Part shown: piece by piece, positions 55,365 to 64,000 of the stretch
Position numbering within the stretch: position 1 is the first letter of the stretch
Layout: every line of letters starts with the position of its first letter
Virus record (IMG/VR): IMGVR_UViG_3300029305_005420
Origin: an uncultured virus (IMG/VR IMGVR_UViG_3300029305_005420)
Lineage: Duplodnaviria > Heunggongvirae > Uroviricota > Caudoviricetes
DNA length: 64,000 bases
Reading direction: 5' to 3' (one strand)
The notes under the pieces: model-generated
What the model was told of the DNA's origin: nothing
Seen by the model: only the letters and a program-made list of their open reading frames with translations
The model's database searches: none
Made by a program: the position numbers and the translations under genes

Positions 55365-55373
55365 AGTTAATAT
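55302..55373 (+). promoter_or_regulatory. Operator arm TTATCTTTGTGTAG plus promoter TTGATA-N17-TAATAT embedded in the SHOCT-like CDS
   Basis: Arm matches cassette units at 35.9 and 36.5 kb; -35 at 55345, -10 at 55368. Confidence 0.7.
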
Positions 55374-55397
55374 GTCACACTACAAGGAGGCGATTTA

Positions 55398-56696
55398 TTG
55401 CAGAGAATCATTACCAAAGTAAACACCTTCATACCCGTTCAGCCGAAAGCAGAAAGGGTGGCGGCATACGCACGAGTTTCCACCGGAAAGGATGCTATGA
55501 GGCATTCCCTGTCAGCTCAGGTCAGTTACTACAGCGACCTGATACAAAACCACAACGGTTGGCTTTATTGTGGTGTGTATGCTGATGAGGCTCTCACTGG
55601 CACAAAAGACGGCAGAGAGCAGTTCCAAAGAATGCTCAAAGATTGTAGGGAAGGTAAACTCGACAGAATACTCACTAAGAGTATTTCGAGGTTCTGCAGG
55701 AACACAGTAACCTTGCTTGAAACAATCCGTGAATTAAAACTTCTCGGAATTGATGTTTTCTTTGAGGAACAGAACATCCACACCTTAAGTTCTGACGGAG
55801 AGCTTATGCTGACAATCCTTGCTTCCTATGCACAAGCAGAAAGTTTTTCAGCAAGCGAAAATCTGAAATGGCGTATAAGGAAGAGCTTTGAAGAGGGCGA
55901 GATTTTCTGCATGAGTGACATGTACGGTTACGACAAGATAAACAAGCAGATGGTAATTAACAAGACCGAGGCAGTTATAGTCAAAGAGATTTTTGCAAGA
56001 GCTATTGATGGCGAGAGCTTAAACTCAATAGCAGAGGACTTAAACGCTCGTGGCTACACTACCAAACGAGGCAAAATGTGGAATGCCTATAGACTTGCTT
56101 GTATGCTTCGAAATGAAAAGTATACCGGCAACTCCCTGCTCCAAAAAACCTACATGAACAATCACTTACAGAAAAAGAAGCTCAAGAACACAGGTCAACT
56201 CGCACAGTATTATGCCGAGAATACCCACGAAGCTATTATCGATTCAGATACCTTTGAACAGGCTAAAGTTGTTATGGCAGAAAAAGCAAAAGCCTGCGAA
56301 AGTTACTCACACCACACCACCACAATGTTTACAAGTTATATAAGGTGTGGTAAATGTGGTAAAAACTACCGCAGGGGATGTCAAAACAACAGACATTTTT
56401 GGAATTGCACAACCTTCCTTTCCAAAGGCAAAAAATACTGCCATGAGCCTCGCATACCGGAAGATACCCTTTACAGACTTACCGCCGAGGTCATTGGCAT
56501 CCCTGATTTTACAGAGGATGATTTGTTTAATAGCGTGGTAGATATTATGGCTTTTGACCATTCCTTAACCTTTACACTTCAAAACGGAGAGCAGGTAACA
56601 AAGGAGTGGGAGGCTAAATCAAGGAGTCAAAGTTGGACTCCTGAAATGAAAGAAAAAGCTCGCCAATTAGCAATCAAGCAAAGGAGTAAACAATGA
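55398..56696 (+). CDS. Large serine recombinase A, copy 2
   Basis: AYARVST; zinc ribbon; TTG start. Confidence 0.95.
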   Translation: MQRIITKVNTFIPVQPKAERVAAYARVSTGKDAMRHSLSAQVSYYSDLIQNHNGWLYCGVYADEALTGTKDGREQFQRMLKDCREGKLDRILTKSISRFCRNTVTLLETIRELKLLGIDVFFEEQNIHTLSSDGELMLTILASYAQAESFSASENLKWRIRKSFEEGEIFCMSDMYGYDKINKQMVINKTEAVIVKEIFARAIDGESLNSIAEDLNARGYTTKRGKMWNAYRLACMLRNEKYTGNSLLQKTYMNNHLQKKKLKNTGQLAQYYAENTHEAIIDSDTFEQAKVVMAEKAKACESYSHHTTTMFTSYIRCGKCGKNYRRGCQNNRHFWNCTTFLSKGKKYCHEPRIPEDTLYRLTAEVIGIPDFTEDDLFNSVVDIMAFDHSLTFTLQNGEQVTKEWEAKSRSQSWTPEMKEKARQLAIKQRSKQ

Positions 56697-58276
56697 CACC
56701 AAGAAAAGTAACGGTGATACCACCAACAATAAACATAGTGACAATGGCACCTAACGATGCCGTAGTAAAAAGAAGAACCGCCGGTTATGCTCGTGTTTCT
56801 ACCGATTCTGATGAGCAGTTCACCTCTTATGAAGCACAGGTTGATTACTACACAGAGTTCATTAAAAACAACTCCGAATGGGAGTTTGTAAAGGTGTATA
56901 CCGATGAAGGTATAACAGGCACAAGCACAAAACACCGAGACGGGTTCAATGAAATGATAAAGGATGCCTTGGACGGCAAAATCGACCTCATCATAACAAA
57001 GTCAATCAGCCGATTTGCTCGTAACACAGTTGACACCCTTGTTAATGTAAGAAAGCTCAAGGAACACGGTGTTGAGGTGTTCTTTGAAAAAGAAAACATT
57101 TATACCTTTGACAGCAAAGGTGAGGTAATGATAACAATCATGTCTTCCCTTGCTCAAGAAGAAAGCCGTTCAATTTCCGAAAATGTAACATGGGGACAGA
57201 GAAAACGCTTTGCAGACGGCAAGGTCAGTCTCCCTTATAAAAACTTCCTCGGTTACAGAAAAGGTGAAAACGACCTACCTGAAATTGTACAGGAGGAAGC
57301 AGAGGTTGTACGATACATTTATCGATTGTTCCTTGATGGTTTAACATTGTCCGTAATTGCAAACAGGCTTCAAGCCGAAGGCATCCCTACACCTTCAGGC
57401 AAAGAGCAATGGCGAAAGTCCACCATCGACAGTATTCTCACAAACGAGAAATACAAGGGTGATGCCCTGCTTCAAAAGAAGTTTACAGTAGACTTTTTAA
57501 CTAAGAAGCAAAAGGTAAACGAGGGTGAAGTTCCACAGTATTATGTTCAGAACAGTCACCCGGCAATAATACCGCCTGACGAATGGGAAGCTGTCCAACG
57601 AGAACTTGACCGAAGGAAACGCCTCCAAGGTAAATATCGCTGTAACGATATTCTTTCTTGCCGTATTGTCTGCGGTGACTGTGGGGAATTCTACGGTTCA
57701 AAAGTGTGGCATTCAAACAGTAAATACCGCCGCACAATATGGCAATGCAACAGCAAGTTCAACAACGGCTGTAAGACACCCACCCTTGACGGGGAAGCCA
57801 TCCGTGTTGGGTTCATTACTGCCATTAACCTACTGCTTGAAAACAAAGAAGATGTCCTCGACAATTGTCGCATTATTCAAAGTACTCTACGAGGCACAGA
57901 AGAGCTCGACTCAGAGCTAACTGAAACCTTGCAGGAAATAGAAATCGTGGCAGAGCTTACCAAAAAATGCATTCAAGAAAACTCATCAAGAGCTATAAGT
58001 CAGGCAGAGTTCAACGCTAAATATGACGGCTATGTTGACAGATACCAAAAGGCAAAAGAAAAGGCTGAAAGGCTACAAGCCTTAAAACAAGAACGCCTAA
58101 GAAATGCTGACGCTCTTAGTGCCTTTATGTTCAAACTAAAGGAGCTTGAATTTATCTCCGAATTTGACAGTCGACTATGGATGTCCGGCATCGACACCGT
58201 AACCGCATACCACGATGGAAGGCTTGTGTATAAATTCATAAGTGGTCACGAAATAACACTTAATCAGTCTGAATAA
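56693..58276 (+). CDS. Large serine recombinase B, copy 2
   Basis: GYARVST; zinc ribbon; coiled coil. Confidence 0.95.
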   Translation: MTPRKVTVIPPTINIVTMAPNDAVVKRRTAGYARVSTDSDEQFTSYEAQVDYYTEFIKNNSEWEFVKVYTDEGITGTSTKHRDGFNEMIKDALDGKIDLIITKSISRFARNTVDTLVNVRKLKEHGVEVFFEKENIYTFDSKGEVMITIMSSLAQEESRSISENVTWGQRKRFADGKVSLPYKNFLGYRKGENDLPEIVQEEAEVVRYIYRLFLDGLTLSVIANRLQAEGIPTPSGKEQWRKSTIDSILTNEKYKGDALLQKKFTVDFLTKKQKVNEGEVPQYYVQNSHPAIIPPDEWEAVQRELDRRKRLQGKYRCNDILSCRIVCGDCGEFYGSKVWHSNSKYRRTIWQCNSKFNNGCKTPTLDGEAIRVGFITAINLLLENKEDVLDNCRIIQSTLRGTEELDSELTETLQEIEIVAELTKKCIQENSSRAISQAEFNAKYDGYVDRYQKAKEKAERLQALKQERLRNADALSAFMFKLKELEFISEFDSRLWMSGIDTVTAYHDGRLVYKFISGHEITLNQSE

Positions 58277-58962
58277 AACTCCTTCATATCATCAAGCCTT
58301 AAGCAAGCAAGTCGGCCGTCTTCATAACCACAACCACAATCAATGCCTATAGCATTTTCCCCTTTCCATATGCAAAAGGGATAATCGAGTTGAAAATGAG
58401 CTGTGGGAGTATGCCCGAAAATCATTGTATAACCTTCAGGGACAGGTTGGTTTTTCGTCCAACGCTCCCACACAGCAAACTCGTTCTCATCAAAGTAATT
58501 CATATAGTCCGCATCGTCTAATCCGAAGTTTTCTATCGGAGAGGCGTGTACCAATTTGTATTTTATCCCGTTAACTTCAACATCAATGTTAATGGGAAGC
58601 TGTGAAATAAATTTGAATATCTCTGCTCGTACATCTTTACGAATGTGGAGTAAATAATTGTGTGTGCCAATGCCACCGTTTCTATACCATACCCTACGCA
58701 TTTTCCAGTTGGTTTTTTCTTTCTCTTCGGCGGCATCTTTACAATTTCCGATGGATTCCATCATCATATGCTCGTGGTTGCCCTTAAGCATTTTGACATT
58801 TTCCATCTGCATAAGTTTCCTGAGTATGCGAAGTCCGTCAGGATACCTGTCAATAACATCACCGAGGACATATAAAGTATCCTCTTTTTGTAGTTTTATT
58901 TGCTTCATTATTGACTCAAAACGCTCAAGATGTCCGTGTATATCAGCCATTACATATATCAT
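58264..58962 (-). CDS. Calcineurin-like metallophosphoesterase, copy 2
   Basis: ADIHG, GDVIDR, GNHE, FGHT. Confidence 0.9.
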   Translation of the reverse strand: MIYVMADIHGHLERFESIMKQIKLQKEDTLYVLGDVIDRYPDGLRILRKLMQMENVKMLKGNHEHMMMESIGNCKDAAEEKEKTNWKMRRVWYRNGGIGTHNYLLHIRKDVRAEIFKFISQLPINIDVEVNGIKYKLVHASPIENFGLDDADYMNYFDENEFAVWERWTKNQPVPEGYTMIFGHTPTAHFQLDYPFCIWKGENAIGIDCGCGYEDGRLACLRLDDMKEFYSD

Positions 58963-58965
58963 CTT

Positions 58966-59826
58966 TTACACCGGAAATAACATATCATCTAAGGCCGATT
59001 GCTCTTCAGTCGGTCTTCTTTTCTTCTTGGGTTTATCCACATTATATATGTCGTTTATGTTCAAATAGCAGTACTTGATTTTTCTTGTGTAAATGATAAA
59101 CATTGCCTCAGCATACCCCTTTGCACCGGGCAGTCGTTCCTTTGCAGAGCGTATTATTTCTTTTGGACTTACCACAGAGAGCTTGTCTTTGAACATATCA
59201 TCGGTAATCTTATCACCAAACGCCTCAATAAGAATTGCCACACCCTTAATCATACTGGCGGTGAGGGATTCTGCTTCACCCTCCCAAGCCATAACAACTA
59301 AACGCAAAGCTCTGTCCAAGGTATGGAAGCCGTATTTTTTATAAACATACTCAAGTGCTCCCACGGCTCCGATGCAACAGTTATCCTTGGCTTTAGTAAT
59401 CTTTAAATGGTATGACTCAACCACCGCCTTGATAGCAAGTTGCACATCGTTTTCCGCTTCTATGTTAGCGTTAAAAACATCATAAGCCGACAGCTTACGA
59501 ACATGCTTCTGCTGATTAGCAAAAGTGTCGGCTTCCTTTATGTATCCCATATCATCGTAAACCATACACCACACAGGGGTTTCACGAGAACCGGACACCA
59601 TTGCAACTATCTCTATGGTGTGCTGTCCGTCAAACACATAATTGACACCGTCACGCCTACTAACTTTGCAAGGGTTTATCTGATACAGGTCAAAGTTGTC
59701 AGCGGTTCTCTGTATGTGGTCTTTTGACAGGGACCTCTGATACTCTTGGTTTGACACTAAGTCACAGATACGAATTTGCTCAAAGTGTACATTAGGGACG
59801 AATAAACTATAATCTAACTCCTCCAT
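58966..59826 (-). CDS. ParB/Srx-like protein (DUF6551-like), copy 2
   Basis: YQR, VFDGQHT. Confidence 0.7.
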   Translation of the reverse strand: MEELDYSLFVPNVHFEQIRICDLVSNQEYQRSLSKDHIQRTADNFDLYQINPCKVSRRDGVNYVFDGQHTIEIVAMVSGSRETPVWCMVYDDMGYIKEADTFANQQKHVRKLSAYDVFNANIEAENDVQLAIKAVVESYHLKITKAKDNCCIGAVGALEYVYKKYGFHTLDRALRLVVMAWEGEAESLTASMIKGVAILIEAFGDKITDDMFKDKLSVVSPKEIIRSAKERLPGAKGYAEAMFIIYTRKIKYCYLNINDIYNVDKPKKKRRPTEEQSALDDMLFPV

Positions 59827-60721
59827 TGTTGCTTTCCTCCATTTCGTATAAGAAGTTGCTTATAACACCGGTTAATGAAACAAGAGCCAATCGGAGTTTT
59901 TGCTTTGTTTCCAAATCGGCGGCTTCCATATTAGCAACCTTCATTACTCGCATAATTGAACCTTCCCAAGTAGGGACTGTATATATAAGGCTCTTAAGTT
60001 CTGAATTAGGGTCGTATTTAGGAGGCTCTTTCACAGACTGTGTCCCCATAACTCGTTCCCCTGAACTGCTATTCTTAGGCTGAATTGCCGGTCTTACTTC
60101 CTCACCGAAAACCCTATTGCCGTTTAGCAGTTTATTAAAAGCCTGATTACGAGGTGTAGGTGATAACTTCATTATCGCCTGTAGCGTTTCTATTGACACC
60201 TTAACCTCTTTATTCATAACCATCCAAAACAGCTCTTCTGAAATCTCAGCTACCTCAGTCAAGGTTTCAGCAAGAACACCGTATTTGTAAACAGTCTGTA
60301 CTGATATAGAAAATTCCCTTGCTAATCGTTCTCGTGTTTCCATTGCAGAGCTGTCATAGCAATACTGTCCGTCACATTCATGTGGCTTGGCTTTTGCTAT
60401 GGCTTTCTCTACATGAAAACGAGTGCCTATTAGAAACTTTTTCATCATTTCATTTTTAGGTGATAGTTTCAATTGCATTTTGCAAACCTCTGAAATAGCA
60501 ACCTCCTTTGAAGGGTATTTCCGTGTTCTTAATCTGTACCTGATGTCGTTCTGTTTGCATATTTCAAAAGCCTCAAACCCCATAAGCAAAGTGCCTTGCC
60601 AAGTAAAGAAAGTCTGTATGTGTCCTTTCTCAACAATATCGTGTTCTAATGCCTCTTTTTCTGTTTGGTTCAAGGGCAATTCTAAATGCCTAAATATAGG
60701 GTCTATTTTAAGCATCTTCAT
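59807..60721 (-). CDS. Degenerate ParB-like / HTH protein, copy 2
   Basis: LKIDPIFRHLELPL...; MGFEA at the usual DGHNR position. Confidence 0.55.
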   Translation of the reverse strand: MKMLKIDPIFRHLELPLNQTEKEALEHDIVEKGHIQTFFTWQGTLLMGFEAFEICKQNDIRYRLRTRKYPSKEVAISEVCKMQLKLSPKNEMMKKFLIGTRFHVEKAIAKAKPHECDGQYCYDSSAMETRERLAREFSISVQTVYKYGVLAETLTEVAEISEELFWMVMNKEVKVSIETLQAIMKLSPTPRNQAFNKLLNGNRVFGEEVRPAIQPKNSSSGERVMGTQSVKEPPKYDPNSELKSLIYTVPTWEGSIMRVMKVANMEAADLETKQKLRLALVSLTGVISNFLYEMEESNNGGVRL

Positions 60722-61094
60722 CTGTCTTGCTCCTTGTTAAAAGTTCTGTATAGTTAAGTATTTCAAATACCACTATGTTTTTATTTGGCATTTTAACACC
60801 CTCTAATCTGTAGGAGTTACCTAACTTAATCTCGTTGCACACTCTGTTGATTTCTCTTAAAAGTGGTGTGCTTATAAGTTCCGAATAAGCTCGTCCATAC
60901 CTACCTCCGTACAGCTTATGTGCTCCTGCCTCGTTTTTATCGGTTCCCATAACACCAATTGTCAGGTCATCCGGGTTAATAATCAGCAACACATATTCGG
61001 GGTTACCAAGAGCACTAATGGTCGTTCCGTGTAAGCGAATTCGACATCTTTTGCAATCAAGTGTCATAGCCGGTACTTTGTTGTTCATGTTCAT
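60708..61094 (-). CDS. Hypothetical protein, paralogue of the recombinase C C-domain, copy 2
   Basis: Aligns with 5527-5919. Confidence 0.7.
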   Translation of the reverse strand: MNMNNKVPAMTLDCKRCRIRLHGTTISALGNPEYVLLIINPDDLTIGVMGTDKNEAGAHKLYGGRYGRAYSELISTPLLREINRVCNEIKLGNSYRLEGVKMPNKNIVVFEILNYTELLTRSKTDEDA

Positions 61095-61788
61095 ATAAAC
61101 TCTCCTCATTTTGATGTGATGTATTACTGTGGCCATTCCTGCGGTCTTTCACACCGAAAACAGTATAGCCATCAAAGATATTTACCTGTAATAGTTTTTT
61201 GTGTTCCTCTACCGGCAGACCGAACTGATTACGCCACTCTGCAGGGAAGGTTGGATTACGAGAGGTTCTTACTGTTCCATCCTCTCGCTTCATTCGTTGA
61301 AATACCTCTGTTGCTTTCAAGTCAAAGATAATGAGGTAATCATCGTTACTGCGGATAATCTTACCTACCATCTTATATCTGTATTCAGGGTTCCATCCCA
61401 TCAACTCAGATATTTTTGCAAAGAACATACGGCAGGTAATACAGCGAGGCATTCTCTTTCCGTTAGGTCTTGTGTGGCACCATAAAAAGGAGTCTTTTGC
61501 CTCCTCTGTGCAAGGCCTAACAGCAAGAACTTTTGTTATAGGATTAACAAGGAACTGCACATAGTCAACTTCCGGCAATCTTCTCAAACAAGATGCATTT
61601 AAGTTAACCTTGCAATTATTAAAAGTAATGCCCGGTTCTCGCATGTGTGCAAAGAACTCGCTTCTGACTACTTGATAACCTTCATACGAGAAATTCTCGT
61701 CAAAGATTATGTCCCCTTCGTCTTTAGGCTTTACTGTATCCCCTTCGTCTTTAGGCGTCGTAGTAAAAATGTCTCTAAAATCAGCCAT
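61057..61788 (-). CDS. Recombinase-associated hypothetical protein, copy 2
   Basis: Aligns with 5932-6594. Confidence 0.8.
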   Translation of the reverse strand: MADFRDIFTTTPKDEGDTVKPKDEGDIIFDENFSYEGYQVVRSEFFAHMREPGITFNNCKVNLNASCLRRLPEVDYVQFLVNPITKVLAVRPCTEEAKDSFLWCHTRPNGKRMPRCITCRMFFAKISELMGWNPEYRYKMVGKIIRSNDDYLIIFDLKATEVFQRMKREDGTVRTSRNPTFPAEWRNQFGLPVEEHKKLLQVNIFDGYTVFGVKDRRNGHSNTSHQNEESLYEHEQQSTGYDT

Positions 61789-63646
61789 CCGTTTTTACCT
61801 CCTGCATTGTTGTTATTATCCCTCTTATTTCAGAAGCTACTGCCGTCTCGCTTGGCACCTTCAAATCAGGTATTGCAGAATAACTGGCGGTCTGTTGATT
61901 TGACCCCCACTTATCCTCATCTATGCCTTTGTCCTGTTTGCCTCCGTGTACATAAAACTCATTACCGAAGGTTCCTGACCAGTCTTCAGGCATTGCTAAT
62001 ATTGAATTACCCCTGCGAGGTATAACCGGCTCAATCGTCTCTTCGCTGTTGTCGGATTCAATAGATGTGTTAGGTATAAATATCTCCGACTCAGACAAAT
62101 CAAAAAGGATAATAGACTTTTTGCCCTGTTCTTTTTTAACACCCTGAAAACGATACTTAAAGTCAGAATTCCATCCAAACATCTCGAACAAGGTTCCACA
62201 AAAACCCGTGGCTCTTATGCTTCTTGGCCGTGCCGTTCCATCTGCTCTGTACTTAATCCACTTCAAGGCGTTTTTCTCTGTGGATGCACACTCCATAATA
62301 AACAGCAGTTTCTTTACAGGGTGTACATACATTTCAATGTACGAACTGTGGGATAACCTGCGGACACAAGCGGTGCTGAAACTAAGGTAGTTGTTAGCAA
62401 AGTTAATCAGCATCTTATCGTTGCTCTCAAAGAACTGCGACCTTGCTATTTCAAAGCCTCTTAAATCGAACTCGCCGTCTTCTGCCTCGACAGTATACTC
62501 CTCAGTCCTTTCTACCGACTCACCTTTTTTATAAACGCCGGCAGAGGCCGAATAGTAGTCCTCCGGCTTGAACATTGCCCAATGAATATTAACTCGCACA
62601 AAGCCCTTAAACGGCCCCTTTTCGATGACCTTTAACTCCGGCAATGCACCCATACCATTTTTGCAGTTACTGAGCATATGCTGTACCGCTATAAAGTCAT
62701 CACGGGTGATTATCGCCTCGTGGTGGTCCTTCCATCTGTACTGGGTTCTTTCACCTCTGTTTTTCCTTGCTTGGTGTGTCTTATAGCTTGGCGTGAAGGT
62801 TTTACTGGTAAGCACATCACCACAGTAACGCTCGTTTCTTAAAATGTTCGTGACCGATGATGCCGTCCATGTGGTGTTACCCTTTTTTGTTAATCGCTTG
62901 AGTTCTGTTAATTTCTCTGCTATCTGCGAAAGAGTGAATCCATAAATATACATAAAGAAGATGAGCCGAACAGTTAATGCCTCCTCTTCGTTTATAATAA
63001 GATTGCCCTCTTCATCGTGGTCGTAGCCAAGAAGAACAGGTGTCAGCAAAATGCCGTGACTGAACCTCATCTCAATTGAGGCATTCATTATGTTACTCTT
63101 AATATGTGATTCTTCCTGTGCCATTGATGCGGTAAAGTTTAATGCCATCTCACTCTTGCTATCAAGGGTAAAAATGTGCTCCGTTTCAAAGAACACTCCC
63201 ACCGGGTTGGGAAGAGCCGAAAGCTCATCAACAATGCTTACACAGTCAACCACATTTCTCGCAAAACGAGACACGCTCTTTGAAATAATCATATCGATTT
63301 TGCCGGCTTTACAATCTCTTATCATTTTGTTAAACGCATCACGATGGTTTAACGATGTGCCGGATATACCCTCGTCTGCATAAATGTCAACAAGCACCCA
63401 GTTCGGGTTTCTGTTTACCATGTCTTCGTAGTAGTTTTTCTGAAGCTCATAGGACGAGGTCTGCTGAAGATTGTCGGTTGATACTCTTACATAAACAGCA
63501 ACTCGTCTATGTACATCATCGTAAAAGTCATACGATTTGCTCGCAGGGATGACCTCCATGTCATCGTCATTCAAACCTTTGTAACGCTGAATAATCTTCG
63601 CTTTCTGTTCGGCCTTGGTTAATGCTGTTTTATCTCCTTGGCTCAT
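61781..63646 (-). CDS. Atypical large serine recombinase C, copy 2
   Basis: VYVRVST; start MSQGDK after AGGAGG. Confidence 0.9.
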   Translation of the reverse strand: MSQGDKTALTKAEQKAKIIQRYKGLNDDDMEVIPASKSYDFYDDVHRRVAVYVRVSTDNLQQTSSYELQKNYYEDMVNRNPNWVLVDIYADEGISGTSLNHRDAFNKMIRDCKAGKIDMIISKSVSRFARNVVDCVSIVDELSALPNPVGVFFETEHIFTLDSKSEMALNFTASMAQEESHIKSNIMNASIEMRFSHGILLTPVLLGYDHDEEGNLIINEEEALTVRLIFFMYIYGFTLSQIAEKLTELKRLTKKGNTTWTASSVTNILRNERYCGDVLTSKTFTPSYKTHQARKNRGERTQYRWKDHHEAIITRDDFIAVQHMLSNCKNGMGALPELKVIEKGPFKGFVRVNIHWAMFKPEDYYSASAGVYKKGESVERTEEYTVEAEDGEFDLRGFEIARSQFFESNDKMLINFANNYLSFSTACVRRLSHSSYIEMYVHPVKKLLFIMECASTEKNALKWIKYRADGTARPRSIRATGFCGTLFEMFGWNSDFKYRFQGVKKEQGKKSIILFDLSESEIFIPNTSIESDNSEETIEPVIPRRGNSILAMPEDWSGTFGNEFYVHGGKQDKGIDEDKWGSNQQTASYSAIPDLKVPSETAVASEIRGIITTMQEVKTDG

Positions 63647-63711
63647 AGCTACCTCCTGTCGCACACATATATTCGTGTCCCATATTAATACATATATATT
63701 CAAAAATCGAT

Positions 63712-63801
63712 AAACCACAGGTTAAACACTTAACCGACAGTTTATATTCTTAAAAATATTTTTGACAAAGACTTTACAAGTCAGCACTTTAGAGTTAATA
63801 T
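63712..63801 (+). promoter_or_regulatory. Palindromic operator GGTTAA-N4-TTAACC and promoter TTTACA-N17-TAATAT
   Basis: Homologous to 8767-8855. Confidence 0.6.
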
Positions 63802-63828
63802 GCAGGACACAAAAAGGAGTGACCTGAA

Positions 63829-64000
63829 ATGGACTACACAATTGACTACCACCGAATAGGTAGAAAAATAGCGGAAATAAGGAAAGAAAAAGGTGTGTCG
63901 CAATTCGAACTTTCCGACCTCACAAACCTTACCAGTTCCTACATCAGTTACATAGAAAATGGCAGAAAAAAACCGAGCCTCGAATCCCTCGTAAGGATTG
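63829..64000 (+). CDS. XRE-family regulator, copy 2 (truncated by window edge)
   Basis: MDYTIDYHRIGRKIAEIRKEKGVSQFELSDLTNLTSSYISYIENGRKKPSLESLVRI. Confidence 0.88.
   Translation, partial: MDYTIDYHRIGRKIAEIRKEKGVSQFELSDLTNLTSSYISYIENGRKKPSLESLVRI

Larger units (their letters stand above)
17950..58276 (+). mobile_element. Temperate siphophage prophage (HK97-type head, PolA-encoding, serine recombinases); boundaries uncertain, may extend from ~9.45 kb to beyond 64 kb
   Basis: Complete ordered regulation, replication, packaging, head, tail, lysis and integration modules with no evident disrupted core gene. Confidence 0.92.
55194..64000 (+). repeat. Copy 2 of the diverged ~9 kb recombination module
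   Basis: Syntenic with 1-9060 except for the missing HTH_26-like gene. Confidence 0.95.

Noticed and set aside
62586..62596. Reverse-strand near-match (CGAGTTAATAT) to the cassette promoter core
   Set aside because: Inside recombinase C coding sequence, not conserved in copy 1, and no matching -35
359..63552. Numerous 60-170 aa ORFs antisense or out of frame within long genes
   Set aside because: Shadow ORFs with no RBS or motifs; no tRNA or rRNA genes were recognised either

Overview
AT-rich Firmicutes DNA; a dockerin-bearing protein suggests a Ruminococcus/Oscillospiraceae-like host. The window is dominated by an apparently complete temperate siphophage (~17.9-58.3 kb). Its modules, in order: regulators and a sigma-70 region-4 protein; a replication module (DUF2800, SSB, PolA, VapE primase-helicase, VRR-NUC, SNF2); late activator, HNH, putative cos and TerS; an inserted MetK / ParB-methyltransferase / amidoligase / small-gene cassette array; TerL and HK97-type head; a non-contractile tail with a -1 frameshifted chaperone; holin and amidase; and a SHOCT-like gene plus two large serine recombinases (LSRs). 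A ~9 kb block occurs twice as diverged direct copies 55.2 kb apart (1-~9.1 kb and ~55.2-64 kb), best explained as tandem related elements. The block holds a SHOCT-like gene, 2 LSRs, a convergent operon (atypical LSR, two paralogues of its C-terminal domain, two ParB-like proteins, a phosphatase) and an XRE regulator. Between 9.7 and 17.8 kb lie cargo genes: DUF4268 nuclease-like, dockerin protein, MmeI-like RM enzyme, membrane-anchored nuclease and XRE. The most notable unexplained structures are the atypical LSR operon, a nine-copy promoter motif with a phased operator, paired microprotein + structured-terminator units behind an SOS-like promoter, a candidate phage-sigma promoter shared by replication and excision genes, and a candidate att site at ~9.45 kb. 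All calls come from reading motifs by eye; no searches were run.
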